Below are positions 27,138 through 39,555 of a stretch of DNA of 64,000 nucleotides, in pieces. Origin of the DNA: Octopus vulgaris (lineage: Eukaryota); the NCBI GenBank assembly GCA_951406725.2, contig OX597827.1:37510001-37574000 (forward strand). Direction: 5' to 3'. The translations under genes and the position numbers were made by a program. Numbering within the stretch: the stretch's first letter is position 1; each line of letters begins with the position of its first letter. The notes under the pieces were generated by a model. That model was not told where the DNA came from. It did not search any database and worked only from the letters and a program-made list of their open reading frames with translations.

Positions 27138-27430
27138 ACTACAGTTTTTTACAATGCCCATTTACCGCCAACCGTTTATATTTGCACATTAGTACTTCCT
27201 TCAGGAGGCCATACAATTTAAATCAACTTTTAATTATTTTTTAAATGCCTTCAGAAATTAATCCATATTATATATATATTTTCTCTGTTTTATTCATACC
27301 AAGTTGTGAAGAGTTATACAGTTTTTACAATGCCCATTCACTGCAAACTGCTGATATTTTCACGTTAGCACTTCCTTGAGGTATCCATGCAATTTAAATA
27401 AACTTTTAATTATTTTTTAAATGCCTTAAG
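27138..27430. repeat. Two diverged ~115-bp direct repeats (period ~180 bp)
   Basis: tacagtttttacaatgcccatt...aacttttaattattttttaaatgcctt twice. Confidence 0.7.
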
Positions 27431-27522
27431 ACAATGTTTATTCAGAAGACCTTGAGGCTCAAACGTCTCAACCCTTCCTAATATCCTTGTGACAATCTTG
27501 TGAACCCACTTAGCAAATAATA

Positions 27523-28781
27523 TTGGGCTGGCAACTAAGTTCCTGTCGATTTTTTAAATAATGGAATTTATTGCCTTTTCAAATTTTGGAATCTAGTTTT
27601 TTCGAGAATTCTATTTTTGAATCATTTTGGAATTTTTTTTTCTAGCTAATTTTAGTTCATTTTTGTTTATTTTCAGATCATTAAAATGTAATGTCAAGTT
27701 AAGAAAAACAAGCATTTTTCGACACCTTCTTTTTGATTTTAATCAAGGTTCTAAGGCCGTAAAAGCTGCTCGCGACATTTGTGCTGTGTATGGAGAAGGT
27801 GCCATAACTGAAAGAACCGCTCGTGATTGGTATGCCAAGTTCAAAAATGGAAATTTTGACCTCAAAGACGCACCTCGTTCTGGCCGTCCAGTTGAGTTCG
27901 TTGAAGAGCGATTAAACCAACTTTTGCACGAAAACTCTCGTTAAACAACAAGGGAACTGGCAGAGAAAAGGCAAAGCTTCCACATTGCTATAGAGAAACA
28001 TCTTCATTCGATGGGAAACGTTCAGAAGTATGGAGCAAGGGTCCCGCATGCTTTAAGTAACAACAACAAAAATCAACGAGTCACAATCTCCGCTGGTTTG
28101 CTTGCTCGACACCGCTCAACTCATGGACACAAGAAACGATTTCTTTACCGAATCGTTACTGGCGACGAAAAATAGTGCCTGTACATTAATACGAAGCAGC
28201 GTAAGGAATGACTTAGCCCCGGTAAACAAGCGACACCGCGCGTAAAACAAGATCTTCATCCGCGTAAAACGATGTTGTGTGTATGGTGGGATTGGGAAGG
28301 GATTATCCATTACGAATTGCTTGAACGGAACCAAACGGTCAACGCGGAACCCTATGTTCAACAGATGGAACGGCTCAACACGGCTATTCAAGAGAAAAGA
28401 CCTAATAGGCAGCATGGAGTTCTTCTGCTGCACGACAACGCCCGCCAATATGACCAAGGAAGCCATTCAGACGCATGGCTGGGAAGTGCTGCCGCACCCG
28501 CCGTACTCTCCTGATTTGGCACCAACCACCTCTTTCGATCTCTTTCAAATGCTATGCATAGAGTTTCGTTCAATACTGATGCAGAATTGAGAGCTTGGTC
28601 GAAATCGAGTCGAAATCTGATGATTTCTACGAACGAGGTATTGAAAATCTTGTTGAACGTTGGGAAGAGGTTGTAAACAACAAAGGTGAATACATTATTG
28701 ATTAATTAGTTGTTATTCTTTATTAAACCTTTAAAAAATTTTAAATTTTAAAAAACTGCGGGAACTTAGTTACCAACCCAA
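27523..28781 (+). mobile_element. Full-length mariner (DD34D) with transposase pseudogene
   Basis: TA target duplication; TIR ttgggctggcaactaagttcc / ggaacttagttaccaacccaa; RSGRP, VPHAL, IVTGDEK, MLCVWWD, LLHDNA, HPPYSPDLAP; stops and frameshifts. Confidence 0.95.
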
Positions 28782-28831
28782 TAGTACGACAAACGTCATT
28801 CAGGCATTCGACTTAACCACCCCTTTACCTT

Positions 28832-28971
28832 GGTCAATCGCTAAAAGTTATCGGATTGGACCTTCGAATGTCATGCTTTTCACATGACAGTTCTACGTCA
28901 ATTATTCCAGGATTGGCCATCCAGACAACTTATTCATCTATGCTCCTGAAGGAAAAACCAAAAATGTTGTT
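28832..28971 (+). mobile_element. Helitron PIF1-like helicase C-terminal relic
   Basis: GQSLKVIGLDLRMSCFSH/QFYVNYSRIGHPDNLFIYAPEGKTKNVV (one frameshift). Confidence 0.85.
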
Positions 28972-29809
28972 CGTCTACAAAGCAGCTCTACAGTAGTTAC
29001 TCCTCTACTGCAATCTTCAAATCTACGCCAAACTGTAGCCGTTAACAATCAGACTTCCTACAAGAATTTCATTGATATTTTGCTTCATTTTCGTGATTGC
29101 TGTTAACAGAGCATTATCTTCAATGACCCTTCTTACTTCGCGCACGTTGTTCGCTCATAGGTGTGTATGGAAGAGGGTGGACGCGTAGGGAAAAGATACA
29201 CGAAGCATTACATAGGGAGAACTAGTGTCGTGGGCGAAGAGTTATATAATTGCTGTTTATCTTAATTGGGTATCATTGAAAAGGCTTCGAAACGAAAATT
29301 TAAAGTAATGTCTATAGCAGTTCAATGATTGAAACCTCGTTCAAAAAACGGACATATTTCAACAGATTAGTTAAGGATCCATTTTCCGGATAATTATTTA
29401 ACTATATAAATTACTCCTTGGCAGTTTCTGTGCGGGATGCCTGCCCATTTAGGATTCTGCTCATTTTCATTGGCTACGAAGAGCTTTTTTGAATCATGTT
29501 GGTTTGGTTTACCAACGAGGAAATTCTTCATCTCAAAAGTAAAATAAAAAAAGTAATAAAAATCTTCAGAGTCCGTTCATAAAAAAAGATCTTTTCAAAG
29601 TTGTTTCACTACTCGGTCTCTTTTTCTTTGACATCCCATCTACTGCAATTATATACATCAAATGGTCGAATATCATAATAATACTAACCAGCTCACCGAT
29701 ATATAGTGTTTCTCTGAAATACATTGCTATGTATAAACAGTTATGCGTGTGTGTGTGTGCGTGTGTGTGGTGTATGTATGTGGTGTGTGTATGTGTGTGT
29801 GTGTGGTGT

Positions 29810-29860
<51 letters not shown>

Positions 29861-30849
29861 CCGTGTGCAAAGTTTACTATTCTTTCTTCTCACCCACACG
29901 CAAACACCGCCTCTGCCTCTGTCTTTACCCCCACCTCTCTCACTTGAGTATTAATTTCCTCGGTTTCTTTTTATTGTACTCTCTTCTCTCACTTCAACTC
30001 TCTTTCATTTCTCCCTCTACTATTTCCTTTGCTGCTTCTCTTTTGTTTTTGTTTTTTCTCCTGCTCTCCTCTTTATTCATTCTCATACATCCATCTGACC
30101 TTCTCTAACACTTTCACTCCGAGTTGTTAATGTTGTCTCATTAGCTAATGCTGCCATACAGAGATCTTTTATCTAAATAATGTTAATTAACAATAATCCA
30201 TTTTAACAATCTAAAATAAGCTAATTGCTTTATCTCCCTTTCGCCTCCCTTCTATACAGGAAGCAGTTGCCCCACGTTAATACATTCTACCTAATACTCC
30301 TCCAATTACTTATACATTTAGACACCATACTGATAATTCTTTAAATATCTGGTGTTAGAAATTTTGGATAATTACAGACAATAACGAGCTATTGACAGGA
30401 CAGGACACTCTGTAAATATGTGTACAGAACAAAGAACGTACTGCACACTGTTGTTTCGAGGTCAGGCGCAATTTGTACATGTGCTTAGGTCAGAGTGCAT
30501 AGATGTAGATAGAGCAGACCCATTGAACAGAGGTTCACAGCACATAGTGTGTACATGTTGATAGAACAGGATGTGTAAATGGTAATAGGTACAGGATGTA
30601 GATGTAGACCTGCGAGACAGATTGTATATGGTGACAGTGTGCAGATGTTGGGATAGGCCCAGTTTGTAGATGGGGGCAGACACGCTGTATAGATGTAGAT
30701 AAGACGCTGTGTAAATTCGAGTTTTTTAAGGTGAGGCACATACTCCCTGATAGAGCGTAAGCAATATTTTGGTGGTGCGTGGGTTATTTCAGAATGGTGC
30801 ATAACAAGTGAAGACAACCTGCAATAATTCTTTCATTAAAACTTCTTTT

Positions 30850-31130
30850 GGAAATTTATATGTTGTATAGTAACTTTGTCCGTTCATGGCATGAAACATT
30901 GGGACATGCCAGTAGATGGTGTTTAAACCATTTAGCATATAGTCATAGTCGGTGATATGACTTGCAGCGGGTCTTGTTTGGTAAATCAAAACAATGACGA
31001 AACATTGATGCCTGTCGCTCCGAGAAGGGACTTGATGGGAGTTGTCTCGCTTGACTGTGACATGCGTTCAGGTTTTTTGTTTTTTTTACACAAAGCGCAT
31101 AGAGAATATATTCTTTTACGTCTAAAATTG
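30850..31130 (-). mobile_element. Possible piggyBac-like transposase C-terminal relic
   Basis: YALCVKK...DLPNKTRCK..AKW..C..MNGQSYYTTY loosely fits a decayed cysteine-rich domain; no termini found. Confidence 0.3.
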
Positions 31131-31222
31131 CAGCCGACCCACGAGTAACAACACACACACCTTATGTATGTGTGTCCGATTTTGTTTATATATCTCGAGC
31201 TACTTCTAATTTAAATTTGAAT

Positions 31223-31279
<57 letters not shown>

Positions 31280-31385
31280 GGATGGATGGATGGATGGATG
31301 GATTAAAGGAAAAGGAAAGCAAAACCAAGGCAGGACGAGTATCTCAGGTCATTTAGAATATTTAATTTGAGTAATGTGAGACATC

Positions 31386-31466
<81 letters not shown>

Positions 31467-31468
31467 TT

Positions 31469-32276
31469 AATTAATTAAGGGTAGAAATTGATATTTATCA
31501 ATTAAAACCAGTGGTCTAGCATATTAAAAAAGAATCCGAAGATTAAAATATTTATATATACCAATTAAGGACTGAACACGAAAAGTGGACAGTCAACATG
31601 CTAGATATAGACGTCAAATCGCCATTCTCCACAAAAGATTATGTTCTCAAATCAAACTTATTGCTTTGGTTTTGTGCTGAGTTTGATTTGAGAACATAAT
31701 CTTTGTGGAGAATGGCGATTTGACGTCTATATCTAGCATGTTGACTGTCCACTTTTCGTGTTCAGTCCTTAATTGGTATATATAAATATTTTAATCTTCG
31801 GATTCTTTTTTAATATGCTAGACCACTGGTTTTAATTGATAAATATCAATTTCTACCCTTAATTAATTTTATATAAATAAATATGTTCTCTAACCGATAA
31901 ATTGACTGCTGCTAATTATTAGCTGCAGGCTGGTTTTTCGGGTCTCAACGCGCCAGAGTAAAGGCATTTGAAAGATACATTCGAATGTAATAGGTTGAAC
32001 TCCATGCACGCGACACTCCGGTATCGTTTTTGCATCTAGTCCAGCAAATTGTATTCATAACGGACCATGCTGATGAATGTTACAGTTATCCTTGCGGATA
32101 ATAATAACCGAAACTGATCAGTACATGGGTAATTATTTTATTTCGTATATTTTCACTTGTTTATTGCTTTGGTTTTGTGCTGAGTTTGATTTGAGAACAT
32201 AATCTTTGTGGAGAATGGTGATTTGACGTCTATATCTAGCATGTTGACTGTCCACTTTTCGTGTTCAGTCCTTAAT

Positions 32277-32278
<2 letters not shown>
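31469..32278 (+). mobile_element. Non-coding hammerhead-bearing element: ~190-bp inverted arm plus 1.23 copies of a 503-bp unit (PLE pLTR or retrozyme-like)
   Basis: IR 31469-31658 / 31680-31868; direct repeat 31658-31775 / 32161-32278 (1 mismatch); (TA)n on both sides. Confidence 0.85.
32064..32130 (+). ncRNA. Type I hammerhead ribozyme motif
   Basis: CCAUG-CUGAUGA-au[GUUA ca GUUAUCC uugc GGAUAAU aa UAAC]c-GAAA-CUGAUCAG-UA-CAUGG; predicted cleavage after GUA (32123). Confidence 0.8.
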
Positions 32279-32307
<29 letters not shown>

Positions 32308-32309
32308 AC

Positions 32310-32490
32310 GATGGTCTCATTGAACCCGCTGGAAATAGCAGCCAAATCACCTTCAAATCACACCAATACATGTAGAACATATTAGATAATGGAGTCCTAT
32401 ATAAACCAATGGAATGGTCATGGTTAGAATGCCTTTGAACATATGTGTGCTTTATCAGAGTTGATTGGGATGTTAATAGAACATCAATAA
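32310..32490 (+). mobile_element. Old dispersed repeat (SINE or LINE tail); related copies near 56560-56743 and 57050-57130
   Basis: Shared gaaata.ca..caaatc..c.tcaaatcacacc, gataatg.agtccta and gaatg.ctttga motifs. Confidence 0.5.
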
Positions 32491-32947
32491 CAGAATTTTA
32501 AAAAAGCACGATATAACACCACTCTGGATTATTAAAATCTTGTGTTGCCGTTTTCTAAAACACGATGATTCCATTAGTTGTATTGCAGTTTTTCTTGACA
32601 TGTGATTGATTTCATGAACCTTCATTATGCACAGTCTAAATCGAATAATGAGGAATTAATCCATATATAATAGGCGAAAGCATTTCGTTTACAGAACCTA
32701 GTTAAGCGGGTCTTTCGGAGTTTAAATTTCTTGATGTGTACCAAGTGCAGCAAAGCAACGGAAAGGGAACCCTAAATATCTCAAGTTGTATATCTATCAA
32801 GTCGTCTATCAACAGTTCTTTGGTTTTCAAGGAGCCTAATAAAAAAACTGAATTGATGACAAAGCGAAGGTTTACATATAGAAGGTAGCCTATTAATTTT
32901 AGATCACACATTGACTTGTCTCACTAAACATAATGAGATAAATAGAG

Positions 32948-33359
32948 AATACCAAACGAGTTCCCTATGGATACCGTATTTATTACAACGAGTGGCTTGT
33001 AAACGTATCTAACGATCGAAAGCGAGTTAGATACGTTTACAAGCCACGAGTTGTAATAAATACGGTGTCCATAGGGAATGAGTTTGGTATTTTATTTATT
33101 ACACACGAATAAACGACCATATTTTATTAACCCAATAACTAAATTCTTCACGTTTAGTTGTAACTTATGAATGACAAAAGTAGTGCCGTCACCGTGACCT
33201 CGGGTCATCACCATGTATTGACCAATCAGAAGCAGCGCTGTCACCGTGACCTCGGGTCATTACCATGGATTGACCAATCAGAAGCAGCGCTCGCAGTATC
33301 TGACATGTTAGATACCAAAAATATCTCAAAGTGTTCTCACTCACGTGTGTGTAATAAAT
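32948..33359. mobile_element. Non-autonomous DNA element (possibly Crypton-like): 144-bp hairpin, 52-bp tandem duplication, ttattacacac/gtgtgtaataa IR
   Basis: Hairpin 32948-33091; gtcaccgtgacctcgggtcat..gaccaatcagaagcagcgct twice at 33188-33291; superfamily assignment is from recall only. Confidence 0.55.
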
Positions 33360-33667
33360 CATTGTGTTTCATGCCTGAGTGAACTGTTTAAGAGAAGTTG
33401 GTAGTTGTATTTTAACGTAGATATTTTATTGACATGATATTAAACGGATATAATGTAAATGACAAAATATTTCAACCGCAGAAAGAAGTTGCATGTCCAA
33501 ACTCTTAAACATTGCTAAAAAGATAACCATGATATATAGGTTACACATTGCGGAAAGCGAATGGAGAATTAGTCATCATAACATTATCATGAAGAATTTA
33601 GAATATTCAGGCAAACTTTACTACCAGTTAAAATAAAAACTCCATGATATAAATATAACGAATTTGA

Positions 33668-33897
33668 AGGCGGCCAGCTGGCAGAATCGTTAGCACGCCG
33701 GGCAAATGCATAGCCGTATTTCGTCTGCCGTTACGTTGTGAGTTCAAATTCCGCCGAGGTCAACTTTGCCTTTCATCCTTTCGGGATCGATGAATTAAGT
33801 ACCAGTTACGCACTGGGATCGATGTAATCGACTTAATCCGTTTGTCTGTCCTTGTTTGTCCCCTCTGTGTTTAGCCCCTTATGGGTAGTAAAGAAAT
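33668..33897 (+). mobile_element. SINE family B, full length
   Basis: aggcggccagctggcagaatcgttagc (A box), gagttcaaattcc (B box), ctttgcctttcatcctttcggg core. Confidence 0.9.
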
Positions 33898-34702
33898 ATA
33901 TAACGAATTCATTTATTACCGAAGCTGATTTTCTTTTCTAATAAAAAAAAATATCACGAAAATATTGTCGAAAATACATTTAAAAGTGAAAGATATTATA
34001 ACCAAGGCTTCCAAGAAGGATTTTCCCCACGAAAAGTGTATGGAGTGCATACCCTGATAAAAATGTAATGACAATAAGTATAATGATATGAACATATTCG
34101 GCGTATACAGGTGATGGCAATCAGTAGGATTTTTTTTTTTGTTGGTGTTTTTTTACATCACTGTATGTGTAAGATGCAATCAATTGACAGTTTCGATTCT
34201 ACTGAAAGGAGCGAGGTACAAGTTTGTTCAACCAACGGTAGATTCCCGTTCTTTCTAACAGCATAAAAACTGACTCCACGGGTTGTATTTTTGTCTATCA
34301 TAAACTTAGATAACCTAAGTCTTCTGAATAAAATTGGTTGATGAAAGTGTATTGAAGTCAGTCTGTAATTCAAAAACCCAGATGAATCTGCTTCATTACA
34401 TTAAGTGAACAAGCATCTACGAAATACTCGGCCATTTATATTAGAATGCAACATAGACTCTATCTGTAATTCACAGATATAGTCATGCTGCATCTTCCTG
34501 GAGATTATGTTCAAGACACAAATGTCGGTAGGATACTGAACCACTTATAAGGTAAAGTAGTGAGTAGATAGTTCCATTGACTGAACACCTAGAATACTCA
34601 TCGACGAAAGGGATGAAGTAAGGGAATAAGAAGTACAGTCATAGGTTAACCTGTGACTGGGGGTATGTTGCACAGATGTACACTAATGGTGTCCTTAATA
34701 AA

Positions 34703-34736
<34 letters not shown>

Positions 34737-34834
34737 GGAGGAGGAGGAGGAGGAGGAGGAGGAGGAAGATGATTATGAGGAGGATGAGGAGGAAGAGGAG
34801 GTGGAGGAAGAGGAGGATGAGGAGGAGGAGGAGG
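34703..34834. repeat. (ATG)n-(AGG)n microsatellite
   Basis: Directly visible. Confidence 0.95.
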
Positions 34835-35054
34835 AAAAGCGATGTAGAATCAGGTTTTTCATTGTTACCTCCCAAATATTTTCACTGAATACTTAATGGT
34901 GTTGACTGCCCTTTTTTTCTTTTTGATTCGAGCCCTTGGACTCACAAGGTCGGTTACCCGGTTCCCATGGCATATAAATGACTGAGATCACAACATTTCC
35001 TTGAACGAGACACCGGTCCGTTGCACACTCGAGGTCAGTAATTCTTTTGAGAAA

Positions 35055-35219
35055 AGGGGTTAAGTTGACAATATCGACCCCTGTACTTGGCTGGTACTTT
35101 ATCGATCCCAAAAGGATAAAAGGCAAAGTTGACCTTTGAGCTCAGAACATAAAGAGATGAAGAAATGCCGCTAAGGATTTTGTCCGATTTGCAAAGAATT
35201 CTGCCGGTTTGCCGCCTTA
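35055..35219 (-). mobile_element. SINE family B (diverged)
   Basis: Reverse-complement match to family B. Confidence 0.7.
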
Positions 35220-35978
35220 TCAAATGTCATACATGTCAAATATTTAAGCACTTAGAAGCAGCCAGGTCCATATGAATTTAAAGTCATGGCTGAGTTAACG
35301 TATTCCAATCTTCAAGGATCAATAAAATAAAGGATCAACCATCGATTCAATAATTCCAAGACTACATATCTCCACCGTATAAATTTGTGGCATTATTCCA
35401 AAGTAAAGAATTCATTTCCTCACCCATCCAGCAATATTTGTGAGTAGTTCCGGGTTGTATATGACTCAATTTCGGAGTATAAACACACAAGTATTCACGT
35501 AAAAAGTATGAACTTCTATTTTGTAGTAACATTTACAGAATATTTTGTAATGATATATGAATAGGAACAACAGCTTGTTTGCAGTTATAGCTGTTTAGTT
35601 AAGGGCTTCACTCCTATGCAGTACAAATAGTCTAAATGTTCACGGAATCCCTGTCCTAGCTCGAGTGGAGTGGGAGTTTGTAGGTAGTGATGCTAGTAAT
35701 CGCGTTGCTGTTGTTGTTGTGTAGCACCAGTTCAGCCACCTCCAAAAAGAACCTATGATGAAATACATTCCCAGCACAATCGTCTTTTTAAGAGATATTT
35801 AGTTGCTATTCTTGGAGGGCCGGACAACCATGAAGTGGTTCTGTGTTTGACTCGTTGTTGTCGTTGGTGGTTCTATTTCTTTGTTGTTGTGGTGGATGGA
35901 TGGGGAGTGAGGAGTATTATTAAGGTTTTGTTTGTGGTGGTATGGTTTGATATAATTATGTTTTATACTATGTGTACA

Positions 35979-36014
<36 letters not shown>

Positions 36015-36251
36015 AACTGTACAGCATTATATATCCATTACGGTCAATCTTACCAATCTGTTTCGCACTAAGGGTTCGACAGAGTGTTAAATAACAATCC
36101 AGTTATGTATCTCTACGCTCATTAGAAATAGCCGATATGGAATGAAATATCGGCTACATCTGATGAGTGTAGGGTTACATAATCGGATTGTTACCTAACT
36201 TTCCATTGAATCCCTAGCACGAAACCGAATTGTAATATACATACAAACATG

Positions 36252-36346
<95 letters not shown>

Positions 36347-36439
36347 AACCATTTTCGTTGGAGCAGAGTCCTCAGGCACCTTTTCTATTGGGTTATATCA
36401 GAAGCAACTGTCATGAGACTTTACAACTGGTTTCCCAAC

Positions 36440-36746
36440 GGACACTATGAATATTATACAACCATCTCGTTTTTGGTCTACCCATAAGTTTCCTGCCGCT
36501 TGGTTCAGCGGCAAGAATCCGTGTTGCGATTCTTAGATATTCTAATCACATTTCCGTAAATGCAGAGCTCAAACAGGAGACTCCCTGATCTCTGAGCTAT
36601 GCAGTCGCTGGAATGCCGATACTGTCGAGTTCGTTATTCCAGATATGCTTCAAAGGAATTCCACTTCGGTCTCTTGCACTTTCAGTCATTACCCAATATT
36701 CATAACCGTAAGTGAAGATAGGCGACAAAACCGAATGAAGATACTG
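36440..36746 (-). mobile_element. RTE-clade LINE C-terminal relic
   Basis: SVLSPIFTYGYEYWVMTE...RILAAEPSGRKLMGRPKTRW. Confidence 0.75.
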
Positions 36747-36805
36747 TAAGAGAGAGAGAGATAATGTGTGTGTGTGTGTGTGTGTGTGTCTGTGTGTATA
36801 TGTGT

Positions 36806-36890
<85 letters not shown>

Positions 36891-36999
36891 CATTTATCTT
36901 TTAACTTTTACTTGTTTCAGGGAAATGGGAATGCAGCAGGTCAAACGAATTCTGATTCATTAGAGAAGTTTTGATTGTAACTTATTTCGAAGGACAGTG

Positions 37000-37320
37000 T
37001 GGGGGGCGTGGCTTAGTGGTTAGGGCATTCGGCTTACGATCGTAAAGTTGTGAGTTCAATTCCCAGCGTCGCGTTGTGTCCTTGAGCAAGACACTTTATT
37101 TCACGTTGCTCCAGTCCACTTAGCTAGCAAAAATGAGTAGTACTTGTATTTCAAAGGGCCAGCCTTGTCACACTCTGTGTCACGCTGAATCTCTGTGAAC
37201 TACGTTAAGGGTACACGGGTCTGTGGAGTGCTCAGTCACTTACACGTTAATTTCATGAGCTAGCTGTTCCGTTGATCGTATCAGCTGGGACCCTCGTCGA
37301 CGTAACCGACGGAGAGCTCC
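37000..37320 (+). mobile_element. tRNA-derived SINE family C
   Basis: tggcttagtgg A box, gagttcaattccc B box, then ttgtgtccttgagcaagacactt core and a non-tRNA body. Confidence 0.8.
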
Positions 37321-37483
37321 TTTATATAAGTATGCACGTAAGTATGTATGTATGTATGTATGTATGTATGTATGTATGTATGTATGTATGTATGTATGTA
37401 TGTATGTATGTATGTATGTATGTATGTATGTATGTATGTATGTATGTATAAATATATGTGTGTGTATGTATGTACGTATACAC

Positions 37484-37712
37484 TTTTACTCTTTACTCTT
37501 TTACTTGTTTCAGTCATTTGACTGCGGCCATGCTGGAGCACCGCCTTTTTTAGTCGAGCAAATCGACCCAAAGGACTTATTCTTTGTAAGCCTAGTACTT
37601 ATTCTATCGGTCTCTTTTGCCGAACCGCTAAGTAACGGGGACGTAAACACACCAGCATCGGTTGTCAAGCGATGTTTGGGGGGAGGGAACACAGACACAC
37701 AAACACACACAC

Positions 37713-37756
<44 letters not shown>

Positions 37757-37916
37757 GACGGGCTTCTTTCAGTTTGCGTCTACCAAATCCACTCACAAGG
37801 CCTTGGTCGGCCCGAGGCTACAGTAGAAGACACTTGCCCAAGATGCCACGCAGTGGGACTGAACCCGGAACCGTGTGGTTGGTAAGCAAGCTACTTACCA
37901 CACAGCCACTCCTGCG

Positions 37917-37919
<3 letters not shown>
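37484..37919 (-). mobile_element. SINE family A, full length
   Basis: Match to family A. Confidence 0.9.
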
Positions 37920-37964
<45 letters not shown>

Positions 37965-39122
37965 GATACACACACATTTATATATACATACATGCATACA
38001 TACACAGAGCAAAAAAAAAAGTCAGATAGGAAAAAATTGATGATTATGTAGAAATGTAATGTTTGTGTATGTCACGAGGGAGAGGGGGAGATACATACAT
38101 ACATACTGCATACATTCAGTGGAGTGACAGATAATTATTAATAATAAAAAGATACCTTCTTAAATTAACATTTCCGATTGAAATATAAATTACTGGGTTT
38201 AGGCCGGTAATTATTCAATGTATCTGCCATATTTGTATCATAACTAACGCGCTCTTTCAGACAATAAAAATAATAAGAAAAAAAAACCCAATGAACTTTA
38301 GGTCAGAAATTCGATAAACTATTCCACACGGATGACCAGGAAATATAATATGATGTCTTTGATCAATAAATTGAAAAAATATTTTGCTTCAATGATGCGT
38401 GATGTTGAACGAGTTGATATAAAAGTGTATTTCAATTGTATTTTATTTTGTATGTATGTGTGTGTACGTTTGATGGTTTATTAAGCGTGAGTTTTTGTAT
38501 ATTAGTGTGTATGGATGTTTTAGTGAGTTTTATATATTATCACATATACCTCAGTATATGTGATAATATATGTGCTTGTAAAGTATATGTAACGAATGCG
38601 TGTAGTGTGTTTAAGAGAGAGTGTAACTATGGTATAAACGTATATGTATGTGTGATGCATAACAATGAGAATATGGTAGAGTTTATTGTGAGTTAGTGTA
38701 TGGCTGTTTCTGTGTGCTTAACTAAATATTGTACATACATATCTTTTAGGCTTCATATTTTATTTGTGTTAGTCATTCCACTGTAGCTATGCCCCAGTAC
38801 TTATTTTTTCAGCCGGGTGTATAGAAATAATTATATCCAAACACTTTCCTCACCACACACACAAACACATACATATAGTGAAATTCCCGGTAATGATAGG
38901 ATACTGAATACGTTGAAATTTGAAGGTGAGGTTAATAAAAATAAATGCATCCATCAATCTTATTTAAGCAAGCTACGTAATAGCAATGATACAAATAAGA
39001 TTAGCGAAAAACGAAGCATTGAAGATAAACCTATTAATATTAACAAGCATAGATTCAACTCCATAGATACTAAATGTATGGTTGATATAAACAACACCGA
39101 CGACAATGACAATAATAATAAT

Positions 39123-39337
39123 AATCCTTTCTATTAAAGGCACACGTTCTAAAATTTGTGAGGATAGGACTAGTCGTTTAATCGACCTCAGTGTTTTACT
39201 AGCACTTAGATTATCAACCCCGAAAAGATGAGAGACGAAAACGAACTCGGCGGAATTTGAACTCAGAACGTAGCAACGGGCGAAACACCGCTAATCATTT
39301 CGTCTAGCGTGCTAACGATTCGGCCAGCTCGTTGCCT

Positions 39338-39339
<2 letters not shown>
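39123..39339 (-). mobile_element. SINE family B
   Basis: ggcggaatttgaactcagaacgtag..gctaacgattcggccagctcgttgcctt. Confidence 0.8.
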
Positions 39340-39371
<32 letters not shown>

Positions 39372-39555
39372 GGATTTTTTACCTTTTGACCTACAGATTT
39401 AAAAAATAATTTTTTGTAACTAAACACTTTCAAACTTCGGACACTAGTAGAATGTGTCATATAAAACATCTTTTACTCTTAGCATTTTTGAGAAAATCTT
39501 ATATTTACGAAGTTATTTCACATTTAAGTTCTCGTATTTCGGTAATTTCAACCAA

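Noticed and set aside
27443-27472. cagaagaccttgaggctcaaacgtc hammerhead-like string
   Set aside because: Multiple core changes and no stem I
37000-37075. tRNA-like sequences here and at other SINE heads
   Set aside because: A/B boxes present but no full cloverleaf or terminator; each continues into a SINE body
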